Of a stretch of 25,073 bases of DNA, positions 23,028 through 25,073 are shown one piece after another. Position numbers and translations under genes: made by a program. The notes below the pieces were generated by a model. That model saw only the letters and a list, made by a program, of their open reading frames with translations, ran no database searches and was not told the origin of the DNA. Positions within the stretch are counted from its first letter, which is position 1, and the number at the start of each line of letters is the position of its first letter. Source of the stretch: a virus (Duplodnaviria > Caudoviricetes); IMG/VR virus record IMGVR_UViG_3300032225_001599, positions 1-25,073 of that record; one strand, 5' to 3'.

Positions 23028-24223
23028 GCTAATAGTTTCTTCCATAGAGGTAGCCAAGATTCAGACCATACAGTATCAACATCAAACTGTTTAACAAACT
23101 CTATACTCTTATCCGACTTTTGACCTTTCTTAGCGTAAGCAGCTTCCAAAGCGTTCACAATAGAAGGAATAGAAGGTGTCTGCCACCAAGCATTTTGCCC
23201 TGCATCCCAAGCAGGTTGCCCATCAACAAGGTAAGAATCCTCTGAAACAAGGTCAGGTGTAGCAGCCCAATTAGAACCGACCACAGGTGTACCACAAGAT
23301 TGTGCTTCAATAGTTGGAACGCCAAAACCTTCACCAAAAGAAGGAGTCAACATAACATCCATGACCGTATAGTAAGCAGCAAGTATCTCCTGACTAATAC
23401 CATGACGATAATCACTAATAGAAGGAAAAATTATTTGTTCCTTACGCAAACCTAAAGACTCACACAAAATAAAAAGATTCCATCCACCAGCACCACCAAA
23501 AGGGTCAGTATGTAAATACAATTTAGCATCAGGTCTATTTTGAGCAAAAATACTGAAAGCCATAATGTTTTCAGCAAAAGCCTTACGGTGAATCAAACCA
23601 GAAGCCTTATTAGCTGCGTTCATACCAACAACAAAATCATTATCATCAAGACCCATAAACTTACGGGTATCCATACCATTTATAGTATGAGTTGGTTTCA
23701 TAACTTTAGTATCAACAGCATGAGGGACATACTCACATTCCAAACCGTTTTCTTCCATCTGGCGTTTACCATGCGGAGACATAGCAATAGGAAGCACATT
23801 AGGTTTCTTCAACCAATCTAAAACATTAGGTGGCATAGTTATATGGTCTAAAGGAGTCCAAGAAGCAATCTGTCGAACATTATCAAATGCTTCTCCCTTA
23901 AAAACCCAAACATCATACAAAGTAAATAAAACATCATTCAATTTTGTTTTAGAAAAATGATTTGACTTACCGACATGATGAGCATGATTCATCACAATAA
24001 CATCATTAGAATACGCTTCAAAACCACGAGCATAATGAGGAATCTCACCATAAGGAGTTCTCAAAGTACTATTCATCCCATCAAGACCAAAATTACTTTG
24101 AGCAGCAACATCAACGCCATCACGCTTCAAACGGTCAACAAGATAACCAGACTGAATACCATAACCAGTAGGAAGATACGGGCTATTAGAAACAACAGAA
24201 ACTGCACCCTTTATTTTTCCCAT
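23024..24223 (-). CDS. Glycosyltransferase, GT4 / GT-B fold
   Basis: PTGYG, VPHAVD, PSFGEGFGVPTIEAQSCGTPV. Confidence 0.92.
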   Translation of the reverse strand: MGKIKGAVSVVSNSPYLPTGYGIQSGYLVDRLKRDGVDVAAQSNFGLDGMNSTLRTPYGEIPHYARGFEAYSNDVIVMNHAHHVGKSNHFSKTKLNDVLFTLYDVWVFKGEAFDNVRQIASWTPLDHITMPPNVLDWLKKPNVLPIAMSPHGKRQMEENGLECEYVPHAVDTKVMKPTHTINGMDTRKFMGLDDNDFVVGMNAANKASGLIHRKAFAENIMAFSIFAQNRPDAKLYLHTDPFGGAGGWNLFILCESLGLRKEQIIFPSISDYRHGISQEILAAYYTVMDVMLTPSFGEGFGVPTIEAQSCGTPVVGSNWAATPDLVSEDSYLVDGQPAWDAGQNAWWQTPSIPSIVNALEAAYAKKGQKSDKSIEFVKQFDVDTVWSESWLPLWKKLLA

Positions 24224-24262
24224 TTAATTGCCTTTCGTAGTAGGTAAGACTAGACTAGCATA

Positions 24263-24303
24263 AGAAAACCCCCCTAATGCCTACGCACACTAGGGGGGCT
24301 TTC
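24263..24303 (-). terminator. Intrinsic terminator after the major capsid gene
   Basis: Minus strand CCCCCCTAGTG-TGCGTAGG-CATTAGGGGGG-TTTTCTT. Confidence 0.8.
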
Positions 24304-24319
24304 CGCTTAACTCAAAGGT

Positions 24320-25073
24320 TTAGGTAGCTGCACCCTTGAAATATTGAACATGGCTTGCATGTGTTAGGTTACCGTCAACACGCATCTTGACTCTGAAAGT
24401 AGTTAAGTCAGTGTTGAACGCATAGTCAGTTGACTGTGCAATGTCAATTCCACCAGCAATACGAACCTTGTAAGAAGGTAGGTGGCCGAATAGAACAGAC
24501 TTAACACCAGTAGCCACAGCTGCTACAGCAGGGTTCTCATACAAGTTGTATCCAAGAACAGTATCTGGCTGGCCAGCAGTACCTGGAACGAAAATGTAGT
24601 TACCTGCACCATCCTTCAACTTACGAAGAGTTGCTAGACCAGTAGATGACATTTGGAAACCTACACCTGGAAGGGCGCGAGCAGCACCATCAACCTTATA
24701 GATAAGGTCAATCAAGTCGTTGTAGCTAAATGCACCAGATACACCAGTTGCAGTTCCAGTAACAGCAGAACCAGCCTGAGTAGCAAGACCATAAGGCTTG
24801 CTAGAACCATCACCAACAGTTAGGTCATTGTTTACAGCATAGCCAATAGCATTACCAGCCTGTTCTGCAATCAATGATGTTAGGTCAAAACCAGCATCAG
24901 CGATAAGTTCATTTGCCACAGGCACTAGGAAGCTATATTTATAAGCTCCGAGAGTGATTGATGAGAATGTTGGGTCGCTTGCACCAATAGCAGCAGTCGC
25001 AGTAGCAATAGCAGCAGTTGAACGGCCAGTCATAGTAGGTATAGTCAAGTTTTCACCAGAAGTAGTGTTGAAA
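24320..25073 (-). CDS. Major capsid protein, HK97 fold (5'-partial)
   Basis: ITLGAYKY...ELIAD...LRKLKDGAGNYIF...FGHL..Y...FRVKMRVDG; frame open to the window edge. Confidence 0.93.
   Translation of the reverse strand, partial: FNTTSGENLTIPTMTGRSTAAIATATAAIGASDPTFSSITLGAYKYSFLVPVANELIADAGFDLTSLIAEQAGNAIGYAVNNDLTVGDGSSKPYGLATQAGSAVTGTATGVSGAFSYNDLIDLIYKVDGAARALPGVGFQMSSTGLATLRKLKDGAGNYIFVPGTAGQPDTVLGYNLYENPAVAAVATGVKSVLFGHLPSYKVRIAGGIDIAQSTDYAFNTDLTTFRVKMRVDGNLTHASHVQYFKGAAT

Noticed and set aside
4763-23337. Alternate-frame Leu-rich minus-strand ORFs (4763-4948, 12328-12513, 14403-14648, 15005-15187, 15239-15457, 21978-22223, 22373-22576, 23155-23337)
   Set aside because: They are nested in real genes and arise from T-rich third codon positions.
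380-24247. Plus-strand ORFs in the track other than whiB (e.g. 380-610, 9289-9747, 10596-10976, 19405-19773)
   Set aside because: They are antisense shadows of well-supported minus-strand genes, with no RBS or recognisable motifs.
1-25073. Integrase, CI-like repressor, tRNA, reverse transcriptase/DGR, alternative genetic code
   Set aside because: None recognisable by eye. Genes tile densely under the standard code with TAA, TAG and TGA all used as stops. The unseen part of the genome cannot be assessed.

Overview
Most of the genome of a small, AT-rich siphovirus with an HK97-fold capsid, very probably infecting an actinobacterium (phage WhiB, actinobacterial LexA box, RecA-NDp/PafBC motif). 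Nearly all genes are on the minus strand. From the right end: major capsid (partial), a GT4/GT2/cytidylyltransferase module, connector and tail genes (chaperone with -1 frameshift, tape measure, CBM-bearing minor tail protein), an extended lysis/membrane cassette with an M23 endolysin, and the single plus-strand gene whiB. Next come a recombination/replication operon (YqaJ exonuclease, SSAP-like protein, HNH, HTH initiator with internal iterons, SSB-like, RusA), a metallophosphoesterase, a packaging-type HNH, and about 4.5 kb of promoter/terminator-bounded cassettes of tiny ORFs up to a probable genome end near 165-215. Bases 1-171 look like a GC-richer family A DNA polymerase fragment from another phage (probable chimeric join). 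No integrase, repressor, terminase or portal is visible. The most notable signal is regulatory: a perfect LexA box, a perfect PafBC-type promoter interlocked with a leaderless whiB promoter, repeated MtrA/GlnR-like direct repeats and strand-polarised 11-bp arrays. Product calls come from motif recognition by eye; no database search was run.
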